From positions 95,232,001 through 95,296,000 of the forward strand of contig OX597824.1 of assembly GCA_951406725.2 (NCBI GenBank): a stretch of 64,000 nucleotides of DNA, written 5' to 3'. This stretch comes from Octopus vulgaris (Eukaryota). Position 1 is the first letter of the stretch. The number at the start of each line of letters is the position of its first letter. Of this stretch, positions 1 to 12,299 are shown one piece after another. Position numbers and translations under genes: made by a program. The notes under the pieces were generated by a model that made no database searches, was not told the origin of the DNA, and saw only the letters and a list, made by a program, of their open reading frames with translations.

Positions 1-470
1 TCCGCTTTCCATGCTAGCATGGATTGGATGGTTCAACTGGGGTCTGTGAAGCCAGAAGGCTGCACGGCCCAGTCTGATCTGGCAGTGTTTCTACGGCTGG
101 ATGCCCTTCCTAACACCAACCACTCCGTGAGTGTAGTGGGTGCTTTTTACGTGCCACTGGCCAGACGGAGCTGGCAAACGGCCATGGACAGATGGTGCTT
201 TTTACGTGCCACTGGCACGGGGGCCAGACGAGGCTGGCAACGGCCATGAACGGATGGTGCTTTTTATGTGCCACCGGCACGGAGGCCAGTTAGGGCAGCG
301 CTGGCAATGGCCACGATCAGATGGTTCGCTTACTTGTCACCGGCACTGGTATCACAGCTGCAATTTCCATTGATGTTGATCAACTTCGATTTTGGTTCTG
401 CTTTCTGATTTGATTTGATTTGACTTGACTTTGATTTTCACTTGATATATATATATGTGTGTGTGTGTGT

Positions 471-518
<48 letters not shown>

Positions 519-705
519 ATGTATATATATATATATACAAAATTTAGAGAATTGACCTCTAAAAGTGGACAGCCTGTATACTAGAAATAGATGTCAAAAT
601 CGCCATTTTCCATGGAGAATGTGTTCTCAAGAAAAAATTCAGCAAAAAACCAAAGTTTAAAAATAAGCAAAACAAATGAAAATATACGAAATAAAAAACG
701 ATTAC

Positions 706-781
706 CTATGTACTAATTAGTTTCACTTGTTAATAATTTACGTATATGAATACATAAACATCTGCAAGATCATCAGCATAG
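706..781 (-). ncRNA. Type-I hammerhead ribozyme motif (core intact)
   Basis: Minus strand: CUAUG-CUGAUGA-UCUUG..CAAGU-GAAA-CUAAUUAG-UA-CAUAG. Perfect 5-bp stem I, palindromic stem III, GUA triplet; the first stem II pair is a U-U mismatch. Confidence 0.75.
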
Positions 782-909
782 TCTGTCGTTTATGAAATAC
801 AATTTCTAGAACTAGATACAGGGCGCTCGACCGAAATCCAGCATTGCATAGAGTTCCACAAATTATATTTATGTGTATCTTTCAAATGCCTTGACTTTGG
901 CATTTGAAG

Positions 910-1078
910 TTCTATATTTAAGAGATGAGGAATTATTTACATTATTTACATTTGACAGATGTTTGTCCTCATCTTGTTTGTTGTTAACACAACGTTTCAG
1001 CTGATATACCCTCCAGCCTTCATCAAATGTTCTGGGGAAATTTCGAACCTGGGTTCTCATTCCTAAGGTATTTTTCGA

Positions 1079-1116
<38 letters not shown>

Positions 1117-1329
1117 TCACTGCCTGGAATCGAACTCGGAATCTTGAGGTTAGTAGCCTGTGCTCTTAATCACTACACCTATATGCCGCAATATGCCCAC
1201 GGGCATATAGCATAGTGGTTAAGAGTGTGGGCTACTAATCCCAAGATTCCGAGTTCAATTCTAGGCAGTGACCTGAATAATAAAAATAATAATAATAATA
1301 ACATTGAAAAATACCTTAGGAATGAGAAT
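910..1329. mobile_element. Head-to-head pair of tRNA-headed SINE-like elements carrying a hammerhead
   Basis: Minus copy ~910-1198 and truncated plus copy 1201-1329 share a tRNA-like head (A box tagtggtta, B box gttc(g/a)attc), (AAT)n and gaaaaataccttaggaatgaga. Related pieces at ~30478-30650 and ~33892-34040. Confidence 0.75.
986..1031 (-). ncRNA. Minimal hammerhead motif inside tRNA-headed element (C3U variant)
   Basis: Minus strand: AACAU-UUGAUGA-A-GGCUG..CAGCU-GAAA-CGUU-GUGUU, with the AACGUU palindrome in place of stem III. Confidence 0.6.
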
Positions 1330-2049
1330 GACCATTTAGTACAGTTAGATTAATCTGTCTTCAACTGTCTCAGTCTATCTCTCACATAAATGTCACAAGG
1401 TTCATGTTCTCTCTATATGGATATAAATTCTCCCCTTTGTGGTCTTAACAACTATATATGTATCGTAACTTTCCAAGTGTCATCTGCATTGCTTTTTTGA
1501 CCTTTGTCTGTTGAGATGAACATGGATCACATGCGTAAATATATTGAAATGTTACATGACACCATCGTTTATATTCAAGATGTGTCTGAACTTTATGTCG
1601 AAATAACTGTCATCAACATCATCATCATCAGCATCTAACGTGTTTTCTATGCTAGTGTGTGCAAGCACACACAGATAGTCAGACAGACATAAAGACAGAC
1701 AAACATAAAAACAGACAGGCAGACAGATAGATAGATAGATAGGTGTGGGTGTGTGTTTGTCTGTAAAATAGAATATTGTAGCTGTGATGAAGCATAGAGC
1801 AATGGTGTTTATTTAACAAAGCCATTTAGCAAACATATTTGGTGCTAAAAGGAATGCAAACAAGAGTAAAACCAATCCAAACACACACCAACACACACAT
1901 TGTTTATTTTACAGGCGTTGTTTTTTCCTGGGTATATTGTTTTAATGGTGGAATTCATAGCAGATAAAGCTATAAATAGCATAAAGAATATTTGGTCAAA
2001 AGCCCCTTGGATAGAAATACGGCGAAGGTTTACATGCACACAAACACAC

Positions 2050-2112
<63 letters not shown>

Positions 2113-2295
2113 ACAATAATATGTGGTCAAACAACTTGTTGCTAAACCTTTATTGTTATATATATACATATATATAAAAACTTTTTGTATAAGTTGTTAC
2201 CGAATATGGTCCTTTTCCATACTGAAATACTACTAGGTGAAATTTGTTGATTTTTATTAAATTAATTATTTTTCACCCTATATCTATATATGTAT

Positions 2296-2830
2296 ATCAT
2301 CATCATCATCATCGTTTAACGTCCATTCTCCATGCTAGCATGGGTTGGACGGTTCGAACGGGGATCTGGGAAGCCAGAAGGCTGCACCAGGCTCCAGTCT
2401 TATCTGGCAATGTTTCTACAGCTGGATGCCCTTCCTAACGCCAACCACTCCGTGAGTGTAGTAGGTGCTTTTTACGTACCACCCGCACAGGTGCCAGGCG
2501 AGGCTGGCAACGGCCACGGTCGGATTGGTGCATTTTACGTGCCACCGGCACGGAAGCCAGTCGAGGTGGCGCTGGCATCGGCCATGATTCGGATAGTGCT
2601 TTTTACGTACCACCAGTCCAGGGGTCCTGGCATCTGCTGGGTGCCAGTCATAGGATTGGTTCAATTTCGATTCCGATTTCACTTGCCCCAACAGGTCTTC
2701 GCAGGCATGAGTGCCTGTCATCGGATGAGGTTCGATATCGACTTCGCTTACCTTGACAGGTCTTTGTGTCCAAGGGAGGAAAGGCATGCATAAGTGGGCT
2801 GGACTCACTTGTCCTGCCTGGTCTTCTCAC
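2296..2830 (-). mobile_element. RTE 3' fragment (reverse)
   Basis: (CAT)n followed by cgtttaacgtcc..ccatgctagcatgggttggac. Similar copies at 1-430(-), 14755-15390(-), 20045-20518(+), 22690-22900(-), 28708-28928(-), 55777-56040(-), 56475-56850(-), 57335-57680(+), 59118-59392(-). Confidence 0.85.
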
Positions 2831-2913
2831 GTTTTCCTGCCTGGTCTTATATATATAATGTATGTGTGTGTGTGCATATATGTGTGTGTGTATATAGATA
2901 TATATATATATAC

Positions 2914-3890
2914 ATACAGAGTGCGATGGGTAAATTGTTGCCATTTTATATTTTTCATTTCGCATTTTTATATTTTTATATTTTATATTTTTCATTTCGC
3001 ATTTTTATATTTTTATATTTTATATTTTTCATTTCGCATTTTTATATTTTTATATTTTATATTTTTCATTTCGCATTTTTATATTTTATATTTTTCATTT
3101 CGTGTGCATTCTTTGTTTTTGATTTTGTCGAGTACACAGTATAGTAGGGTCAGTTGGACACCGTCTGTGAGAAGAACAGCACCATGATGCAATTCACTCT
3201 ACCAGAAATTTGGAAACAACATGCTGTACTGGTTGGCATTCACACTGCGAGCTCCAATGTGAACATTTCTGAGTGTTTGGGTATCAATCTGAGGACATGT
3301 ACTGAGAGTGATAGAAATCAAACATCCAGTCAACATCATGGTGTTTGGAGTGATCAATAGTAATGGTGATGTTATGCCTCCATTCATCTTCCCACATGGC
3401 TGACATCAAGTGCCTGGAAGAGGTAGTGCTGCCCTGGGTCAAGAGGGCGGCTGCTGCAAGACAAAGTCTGGCAACAGCACTCTGCACCATGTCACACAAG
3501 CAGGAGAACTCAGTCATGGCTGTCAGACAATTTCTGTAACCACACCACCCCGAATATCTGGTCACTTAACTCCACAGACTGCAACCCCTTTGATTATTAT
3601 GTGTGGGGCCCAGTTGAACAAGAGACCAACAAAACTCCTTGTAACACCAAAGATGAAATGAAGGCAAGGATTATGGCAACATTCACCAACTTAAACAAGG
3701 AAACCATCCAGAAGAGTTGCAGGAGATTCCAAAGTCATTTGGAGGCCATAGTTGAATCCAATGGTAATTTTATTGAATAAATTTATTCTTTGGAATTTCA
3801 AGATATTTTTATGTAATTTTGGTAAACATATCTGTTAACATGAGATGTCAGTGTTATTTTCATTTTTGTATAATTTAGATGACAGTTTAT
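2914..3890 (+). mobile_element. Decayed maT (DD37D) Tc1/mariner-superfamily transposon
   Basis: Frameshifted transposase: KHPVNIMVFGVI...WQQ(H)SAPCHTS...NSTDCNPFDYYVWG, with 37 residues between the second and third catalytic positions. A ~37-bp AT-rich tandem repeat lies at 2944-3102. Confidence 0.8.
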
Positions 3891-3923
3891 AAAGATAGAT
3901 ATATATATAAATGTCTTTATATG

Positions 3924-3967
<44 letters not shown>

Positions 3968-3999
3968 TACACACACACATATACACATACATGTGTTTA

Positions 4000-4053
<54 letters not shown>

Positions 4054-5136
4054 GATATATATATATATATACACACACATATACATCTACCACATATATA
4101 GAAAATCGGTGTTTGTTTGCTTGTGGTGTTGTTAGCTAACTCCTCCTACATAGTTTTATTGATTTTGATGAAACTTGACATGTGAGTAGAACTCATGTCT
4201 AGAAACCTCGATACATACTTAGATTGTTGAAAAGTCGATAATACAGCCCCAGGAAGGGACTTTATATCTACCTCATATAACTAATTTTCTTTAAACACTC
4301 AAGGGAAATAACTCATTTCATTGTGTATATTCGATTACTTTGAATATTGATTTTTTTGTGTGTCCAACTTCTAATTATAGAACTTTTATACTTTATTTGA
4401 CACACGAGTAGAACTCATGCCTGGAAACCTTGTGACATACTTAGATTGTTGAAAAAAAGCGATAACAGGGCCCCTCCAATGGATCCTATCAACTACATAT
4501 TACTAGTATTTTATTTAAACAACCCAAGGGAAATAACCAATGCCACCTGCAGTTTTTAGCAAAGTGATCAATATTTAATTCTCACAATCAGCCAACTTAA
4601 TTCTGCATTTCACTACTCAGAGTTTTGAACTGCTAAATATTATTATTGAACTTCCTTAATTTGAATCTTAAATCTTAAAGATTTCATTCATACATTTCTA
4701 TACATACATACTTTTTTGAGTGTCCATTACTCCAATAATTCTGCATTTTTACAGTTACACTTTTTCCATGTAATGTGCATATGCATATATACGCTCCTCA
4801 TGTGTATGCAGTTTCGTTCTGACATAACTGTAATAACTTTAAGATATATTGATTGTAAAATTATTATTCTTATAACTTTCAAAATTATCTGTTTATATTT
4901 TATATTCTATATTATATCTAATATGAATAATATAATGCATCTAATATTAATAATATTAGTATTAACTGATTATTATGTATGCTTATGTATGTACATTTAA
5001 GTATATATATATAAGTATTTATGTATATTTATATATGTATGTATATGTATATCTATATATATAAGTATTTAAATGTGTGTGTATTTTAACTTTTTTTATA
5101 TATATATTTATAACTTAACATTATGTACTTTCTAAA

Positions 5137-5260
5137 ATCTCTGACAAAGCCTAGAGAAACACCCAAGTACCTCAATTTCATCTACTTATTACTTCAGTCT
5201 ACTGGAGGAATAAAGGTAGAATGAGGTATTTTTGCCTCTTGGCCGAAACAGCTGTAAGTT
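5137..5260 (+). ncRNA. Degenerate hammerhead motif with long hairpin stem II
   Basis: CUGACAA-AGCCUAGAG..(UACCUCA..UGAGGUA nested hairpin)..CUCUUGGCC-GAAA-CAGCUG-UA. The core G8 is mutated and stem I is weak. Confidence 0.55.
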
Positions 5261-5474
5261 ATTTTCCCAATTTATATTCATGTATGTTATATTGTAATAA
5301 TTACTGGTATCTTTATATATTGATATATTTTATATCTTATATGTAAAGCATAATATGTTATACATGTATGTATATTCTTGTAATTGTCAGTTTAGTAAAT
5401 AAATAAATAAGTTAACATAATATAATGTCTAAAAGTTGATGAACCACCTATTGATCCCCTCCATTTTCTTATTG

Positions 5475-5513
<39 letters not shown>

Positions 5514-5514
<1 letters not shown>

Positions 5515-5895
5515 TAGCCGTATCGCCTGGCATTGCTCGGGTTTGTTTCAACCTTTTAGAATTGGAATTTTTGAAAAGTTAAAATTTTGCATTATGTAGC
5601 TTGTTATTCTCTTTAAGTGAACATTTTTCTGGTTGAAATACACCGAAAAATGGCGACACTGCAGTAAAAAAATCGTAAAAAATAAGGATTTTCATAGAAA
5701 AAAAGCACCTTTTTGATGTAAAAAGTTTTTGGTGTTAACATGGTCCGATTTGAATTTTTTCCTCTACGGAAGGAAGAGCAAGCCTTCTTCTATCATAATC
5801 TCAATTTTGGTCAACTTGTGCTGCAGGGTCTCGGAGGAGATAGTGTTAGTTGAAGGCTACCAAACCTGCCATACACTGACAACTTCAGTTTTATG

Positions 5896-5900
<5 letters not shown>
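5514..5900 (-). mobile_element. Non-autonomous Helitron-like element
   Basis: Minus-strand 3' end has a subterminal hairpin and CTAG; shares ~100 bp with the 62580-62702 copy. Confidence 0.7.
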
Positions 5901-5943
<43 letters not shown>

Positions 5944-6003
5944 CACACACACACGCATATCCTACTTACCACACACCCACTCCTGCGCATTTGTCCCATT
6001 TTG

Positions 6004-6053
<50 letters not shown>

Positions 6054-7742
6054 ATATATATATATATACAATATATATATACACACACACACACACATAC
6101 TCTTGTTCTAGGTATTCTAGAATGTCAAGTACTATTTTTTCCTGTTAGCATCGTCACACACACACAACTAGTTAAGTAAATAGTTATACCTACTGTGTAA
6201 AAGTTGACACCGACAAACACCTCACTATTGACAATTATCGTGGCTTTGAAATAAAATAGGGCACGACTGAGGGAGACCTTATTGCATACAAAACATACTA
6301 TTGTCCCCAGTTTAGAATATCGTCAGGGACAGTTCAGTTGTTTACAAAACCTCAATGATCCTTATACTCGTCCTTCCTCTCCTGACACACAATATAAATA
6401 AATAAATGAAAAAGCTGAAAGAAAATTTCCTACAAACGAAAGACAGAGAATATATTTTCCCATGACTAAATTGTTTCAAATTATGACGTATGGCTATGAA
6501 TTTTGAGGATAGGAGACAAGTTCATTAAATTGACACAATACTTGACTGACGCTTTAGTTCATTTGACCCCGAAAGGATTAAAGGCTAAGTCAACCTCCGC
6601 GGAATTTCCTATTACTAAATTAATAATTGATGAGAAAATAATTTATCAGAAACTTTAACGGCGGTCCTTTACAATATTTGAATGAGGCGACGGCATCATT
6701 CGCCTTCTTTAGCCTAGTGTAACGGAGGAAGAAGGGGGCTATTTTAGCCCTTTTTTCATTTAACAATCAGCCCTTTAAGGCTTCGAATTGTAAAAAAAAA
6801 AAACAACAAAACCTCATTATTAGAGAATAAAATGATCGGGTTCGATATAGATGGTATATGCATTACTAATTATTATTTTCAAAAGTGCAAGGGGTCATTT
6901 TATACTTTGAAATGGTTTGAAAGTGGATTATGGAAATGTAAAAGCTACTTTGAAACTAAATTAATGTGTAATTTCTAAGTTTTACATATGCAGATTTTTT
7001 CCCCTGGTTAGTAAGTAAATAAAAATTAAAAGATATATCGGTAATTAAAAATATTTCCCCATTAGGGCATACTTCTTAATCAATAACCCAGTTGGGGATT
7101 CTTTTTAAATTCTTTCCAAGCACCAGTTCTTTTTCAAATTGTCACCAGAATATTTTCAAGTTTACCATTCCGATGAAGTTTAACTCGCTGAGGACAAAAA
7201 TCACATTCAATTCATTTTTAGTTTTCAATAAAAACCAAAAGTTATAAGCCGCGTGGCACCATTCATTACATCAATAATCGATCAAAGCTGATCTGGGACT
7301 AATCAACAACAATAAGCATTCCATTTTTTTCCCTTTGTCAACTCCACTCTGCCATTCTAGGCAGTAACTTTCGTTTTCTTTCTGTCACACCGCACTCCTT
7401 AACACCCTTCATAGATCTGTCTTTCAGGGACGGTTTTAATCCATCTAGCTTTCATTAGCAATTATATAATTCTATTCATATCTAGAATGCATTACAGGGA
7501 AATCAATCAATGTCAGCATTTCATTTGGTTATTCTATTTTATCGATTTCAGAACTTTGGCTTTGGCAGGATTTGAAGCGGGAACGTGGACGGTTTTCACT
7601 AAATACCGCAAAGCATCTTTCTCACACACACAGAGAGAGAGGTGGGGATTAGACAGATAGAGTTAAAGTTGGTGCCATGGTAGGATCGTTAAAGAAGCGG
7701 ACAAATGGTTTTCGATATTTGGTTATGATACTTCGCATTCTG

Positions 7743-7925
7743 GGTACTACTCGAGAACAGTGGTCGCGGTGCGCGCACTTCTTAATCTTTTAAAAGAATC
7801 CCCAACTGGCTTATTGATTAAGAAGTATTTAAAACAAAGTAAATAACACACAAAAACACAAAGTAAGGATCGACTAGTCACGACTAGCTAGCGCGGCACC
7901 GGGACCACTGTTCTCAAGTAGTACC
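7743..7925. mobile_element. Mutator-like MITE, 9-bp TSD
   Basis: TIRs ggtactactcgagaacagtggtc.. / ..gaccactgttctcaagtagtacc; perfect TSD cgcattctg at 7734-7742 and 7926-7934. Confidence 0.8.
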
Positions 7926-8469
7926 CGCATTCTGCGTTCAAATTCCTCCGAAGGCAATTTCACCCTTTTTTCTCCCGAGATCAATAAAGTCCCAGCATCG
8001 TTTACATTTCATCATCACAAACAGGCAATCAATAATATGAAGAAATTACAACAACAACACAAAACAACAAAAATGAAACTATTTTTCCTCACTTCTCTGC
8101 ACTTTCTTTTTTGGTGACCGGGTTACAATATCCCAACGTGATGAATGAGGAGTACAAACCGGAGTTGGTTTAGTTTCTATTAACAACAAGTGCGAGCACG
8201 TGATTTCCAGGCGAACTTAATTGTTGACAAATGTTAACATAACTTAAAAAGCAAAATAATGTTTGTATTGGTTTTATCTTATCTCAACAGATTCGTGAGA
8301 AAATGGAAAATTCGAAAGAAAAAATAAATCAAGTTATCGTCATATATTTTATTTAGATAAAGAATTTATTTAGATAAAGAATTGAAGATGTATCGAAGCA
8401 GCCACTTCTAAGCCTATTAGAATTTGATTCTATCTAATTCAATTAACTCATCATCACTATCATCATTCT

Positions 8470-9040
8470 TTTATTCTTTTATTTGTTTGTCATTTGACTG
8501 CGGCCATGCTAGAGCACTGCCTTTAGTCGAACAAATCGACACCAGGACTTATTCTTTGGGATCTTTAGAATTTTCTCAAGAAAGCCAAGAGAAAAAAATG
8601 TTTTATAAATACATTCTACCAGTATACGAAGTTTAAAAGTGCTTAGTTACAAAGAAATTATTTTAAAAATCTGCCGGTCAAAGTGAAAAGATCCATTCTT
8701 TGTAAGCCGACTACTTATTCTATTGGTCTTTTTTTATCAAACCGCAAAGTAACAAGGACGTAAAGAAACCAACATCGGTTGTCAAGTGATGGCGGAGGGA
8801 CAAACAGACACAGAGTTAAAGTTGGTGCTTATGGTAGGACGAACACAGACATACACATACACATATACACACACACACGACGAGCTTCTTTCAGTTTCTG
8901 TCTACCAAATCGACTCACAAGGCTTTGGTCAAACCCTTGGCCATAGCAGAAAACACTTGCCAAAGCTGCCACGCATCGGGACTGAACCCAGAACCGTGTG
9001 GTTGGGAAGCAAGCTGCTTACCACACAGCCACTCCTGCAC
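8470..9040 (-). mobile_element. tRNA-derived SINE family A (reverse copy)
   Basis: Reverse complement of the 51310-51756 element, interrupted by the MITE. Confidence 0.8.
8559..8694. mobile_element. Short MITE with 8-bp TSD nested in a SINE
   Basis: TIR ggatcttt / aaagatcc; TSD attctttg at 8551-8558 and 8695-8702. A related fragment lies at ~9620-9690. Confidence 0.7.
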
Positions 9041-10501
9041 TCATTTGTTTCCTGAGTTTGGCACGGGTTGGACGGTTTGACAGGCGCCAACAGACCAGAG
9101 GACTACTGACTGTGCCAAGCTTCACTGTCTGCTTTGGCATAATTTCTATGGCTGAATAACTTTCCTAATGGTATAATTACTTTAAAGAGAGTACCAAGTG
9201 TTTTTTTACATGGCACCAGTAAGGTCATCAAGTAACTTGCGAGCAAAGACCCCCATTTGACTAAGGGGAGAGGTCACGAAAGGTTAAAGTATGATAAGGG
9301 AATAGCAACTGGTAGGTTGCAGTAGAGGAGATGCTTGGCTAAGATAAAACTTACTTGGAAGTGGATGCGTGGCGTTCGATCTTATAATAACAAATTAATA
9401 AATACAACATATGCATGTATACATACATATATGTACACACCTACATCTATATGTATATATACATGCATATATGGGTATAGGACACCAAAAAACGTAGAAA
9501 CTCAATGAGAAACGAAAACAAAAAACAAAACCATGGGAACGGACTTTTTGAAACAACGAAAAAAACAGAGTATAAGACATCCAACACAAGGAATGAATCT
9601 TTTCCTTTTGATGGACGGAATTTCTAGTTAACTAAACAATTTGAAACTTCGTATACTGGTAGAATGTGTGAAAAGAAAGGAAAAGATCCCAAAGGAATAT
9701 TCGAAGCAGGGGCGGCTGAAGAAGGGGAATATTCCTTGTGTTGGATGTCTTGTACTCTGTATTTTCGTTGTTTGAAAAAGTCCGTTTCCATGGTTTTGTT
9801 TTTGTGTTCGTTTTTTTTTTTTTGGTGTCCTGTACCCATATATGCATGTGTATATATATATATAGGTGTAGGTATGTATATATGCATATGTTGTATTTAT
9901 TAATTTGTTATTACATGGCTTACCCTAGTTGGAAAAGGAGAGAAGAGAGAGAAAGAAAGGAAGGGAGAGAGAGAGAATGTGTGTGTGTGTGAGAATGTGC
10001 CCTGGTGTTACAGGGAGGGGGTATTATAAGTGAAGAGTTACAGAGAATTAGAATGGGAGTGTTGGTCAGATAGGTTGGCGAGAGGGTAAATTGAGAGTGG
10101 GAGAGAGGGAAATGTAGAGAGTGGTGAAGGTAGGTGGAAGGAGGAGGAAGGTTAGGAAGATGAGTTGTGTGGAGAGGGAGGGGGGACGTAAACATGAATT
10201 ATGTACTTTTAGGAACTCCTTTTTGACTTTGATGGATGGGTCTTGGATCTTTCCAAGCCCAGCAAGTCGCTGATCATTTCAGTCCTTCTTTATCTCCCTT
10301 ATTAACGTTTTTTTTTTTTTATCTTTTACTCGTTTCAGTCATTTCACTGCGGCCATGCTGGGGTACTGCCTTGAAGGGTCTTAGTCAAATAAATCGACAC
10401 CAGGACTTTATTTTTTTCTTATTAAGCATCGTACTTATTCTCCGTGTGAGCAGTCATCTAAAAGTTTTTTGTGCATTTTGATGTTGACATAAGTTCCTTG
10501 C

Positions 10502-10584
10502 TTTTCCTGATGAGAAAGCGGCATAATATACTCCTTATTCCTTCGCAATTAGGAATATGCAGCCTTCGAAACATATATCGAAAA
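10502..10584 (+). ncRNA. Type-I hammerhead ribozyme motif
   Basis: UUUUC-CUGAUGA-GAAAGC..GCCUUC-GAAA-CAUAUA-UC-GAAAA. 5-bp stem I; stem III is one change away from the palindrome CAUAUG. Confidence 0.7.
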
Positions 10585-10621
10585 TAAAGGAATTTTGTTA
10601 ATTCGTCGTTCAACTCCATTC

Positions 10622-10701
<80 letters not shown>

Positions 10702-11274
10702 TTAATAAGGCTGAAAAATCGAATATCAATTTGATTAATATCAATTTAAAACCAGTCGCCTACCATATTGAAAAATCCGAAGATTCAGAAAAATTATATT
10801 ACATACATATAAGGAGGATGACCACTAAGTGGACATCAATTATGCTAGATGTAGACACCCATATGGTCTGACCACTAACAAAAGATTGTTCTCAAGAAAA
10901 TTCAGCGAACTCCAGAATGTAAGCGAGCAAGACAAATGAAAAGATATATGGGGGTCTACATCTAGCATAATGGATGTCCACTTAGTGGTCATCTCCCTTA
11001 TATATATGTAATATAATTTAATATAGGTTAGCTGAGTTAGAGGTTAAAATAACCATCTAAGGGATAGAAGTATCCATTATACTACCTGCATATTACCTAC
11101 ATTTAACCACGGGCATACATATGCAAGTATATTATACTCAAGTCTCTTTGTATTGAATTTAATAAATAATAATTGATGTATGTTAATTGTTGTCAATCAA
11201 TATTTCATCATTTTCTGTTTTCTTCAAATTTATAATAGAATATAAATGAGTAACAAAGATGTACTGGTGTCAAT

Positions 11275-11357
11275 TCCTTACAGCCGTTTCAAGCATCTCC
11301 TTTAATTGATTAATGAAAACCTTACATCATTTGAAAGAAATCGTTCTCGTCAGATGA
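11275..11357 (-). ncRNA. Type-I hammerhead ribozyme motif
   Basis: Minus strand: UCAU-CUGACGA-GAACGAUUUCUUU..AAAGGAGAUGCUU-GAAA-CGGCUG-UA-AGGA. Confidence 0.6.
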
Positions 11358-12268
11358 CCACAAAGTCTTCAAACATTGAGGATACAGCAATTTTCTTAAC
11401 TCTAAATATTTAGTTTGTTTCTTTTGTCATATCTGTGACAGAAAGATTAGACAAAAGAAACAATGTAAATATTTTTGACTTCCATTATTGATGCGAATAT
11501 GTTAAGAAAATGGTTGTATCAGCTATGTTTGAAGTCTACCAAATCCACTCACAAGACTGCTTAATTTGGAGCTATAGCAGAAGACCCTAACCTGAAGTGC
11601 TGTTGCAGTAAGACTAGACTTGAGATTTCATGGTTCAGTTTCTCAACCACACAATTGAAATATCTTAGTATTGCCTTTTGTTGTTCTTTTTTTCTTAATG
11701 TATATATTTGTGTTGACCTTTTATCTCCATATCTGGTTGTATCTTTGTGTAAACAGGGCCACCAGAAAGAAAATTTTTTCCAGCTGTCTTTTTACATTGA
11801 TTATTCAATCTGCAGTTTCCTTATCTCATGGATTATAATATTTTCTTTTTTTTTTTGCCAACTTGGGTAAGCATATATGACCCTAAAGCAAGGCATCTGT
11901 TTCTATCTCTCAGTCTTACTTCATCTCATCACTTGGCATAAAGTAGTTTCTTTTAATTGAGGGATTCTCTAGTTAAGTAACTTGCAAGACAAGACTCCCT
12001 CAGTTGAAGGGTTTTTTACTTGTGAATTACTTGGTGACCCAACTGGTGCCGGTGCCACAGAAAAATCACCCAGTGCACTCTGTAAAGTGGTTGGTGTTAG
12101 GAAGGGCATGCATCTGTAGAAACCACGCCAAGCTGACAGTGATGTTTGTTGTTGTCCTCTGGCTCACCAGCTCTTGTCAAACCATCCAACTTATGCCAGC
12201 ATGGAAAACACTCTTCAAATGATGATGATGATGACGACTACGATGATGATTTCAGTTTTATATGTGGG

Positions 12269-12299
<31 letters not shown>

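Noticed and set aside
1201-1273. Functional tRNA gene
   Set aside because: The acceptor stem pairs poorly and the sequence runs straight into a repeat body; it is a SINE-type head, like 13398, 51310 and 58639.
9690-9740. Further hammerhead candidates (ctgaaga at ~9716; ctgatga at ~17135, ~29614, ~63338)
   Set aside because: No correctly placed GAAA or stem I/III partners.
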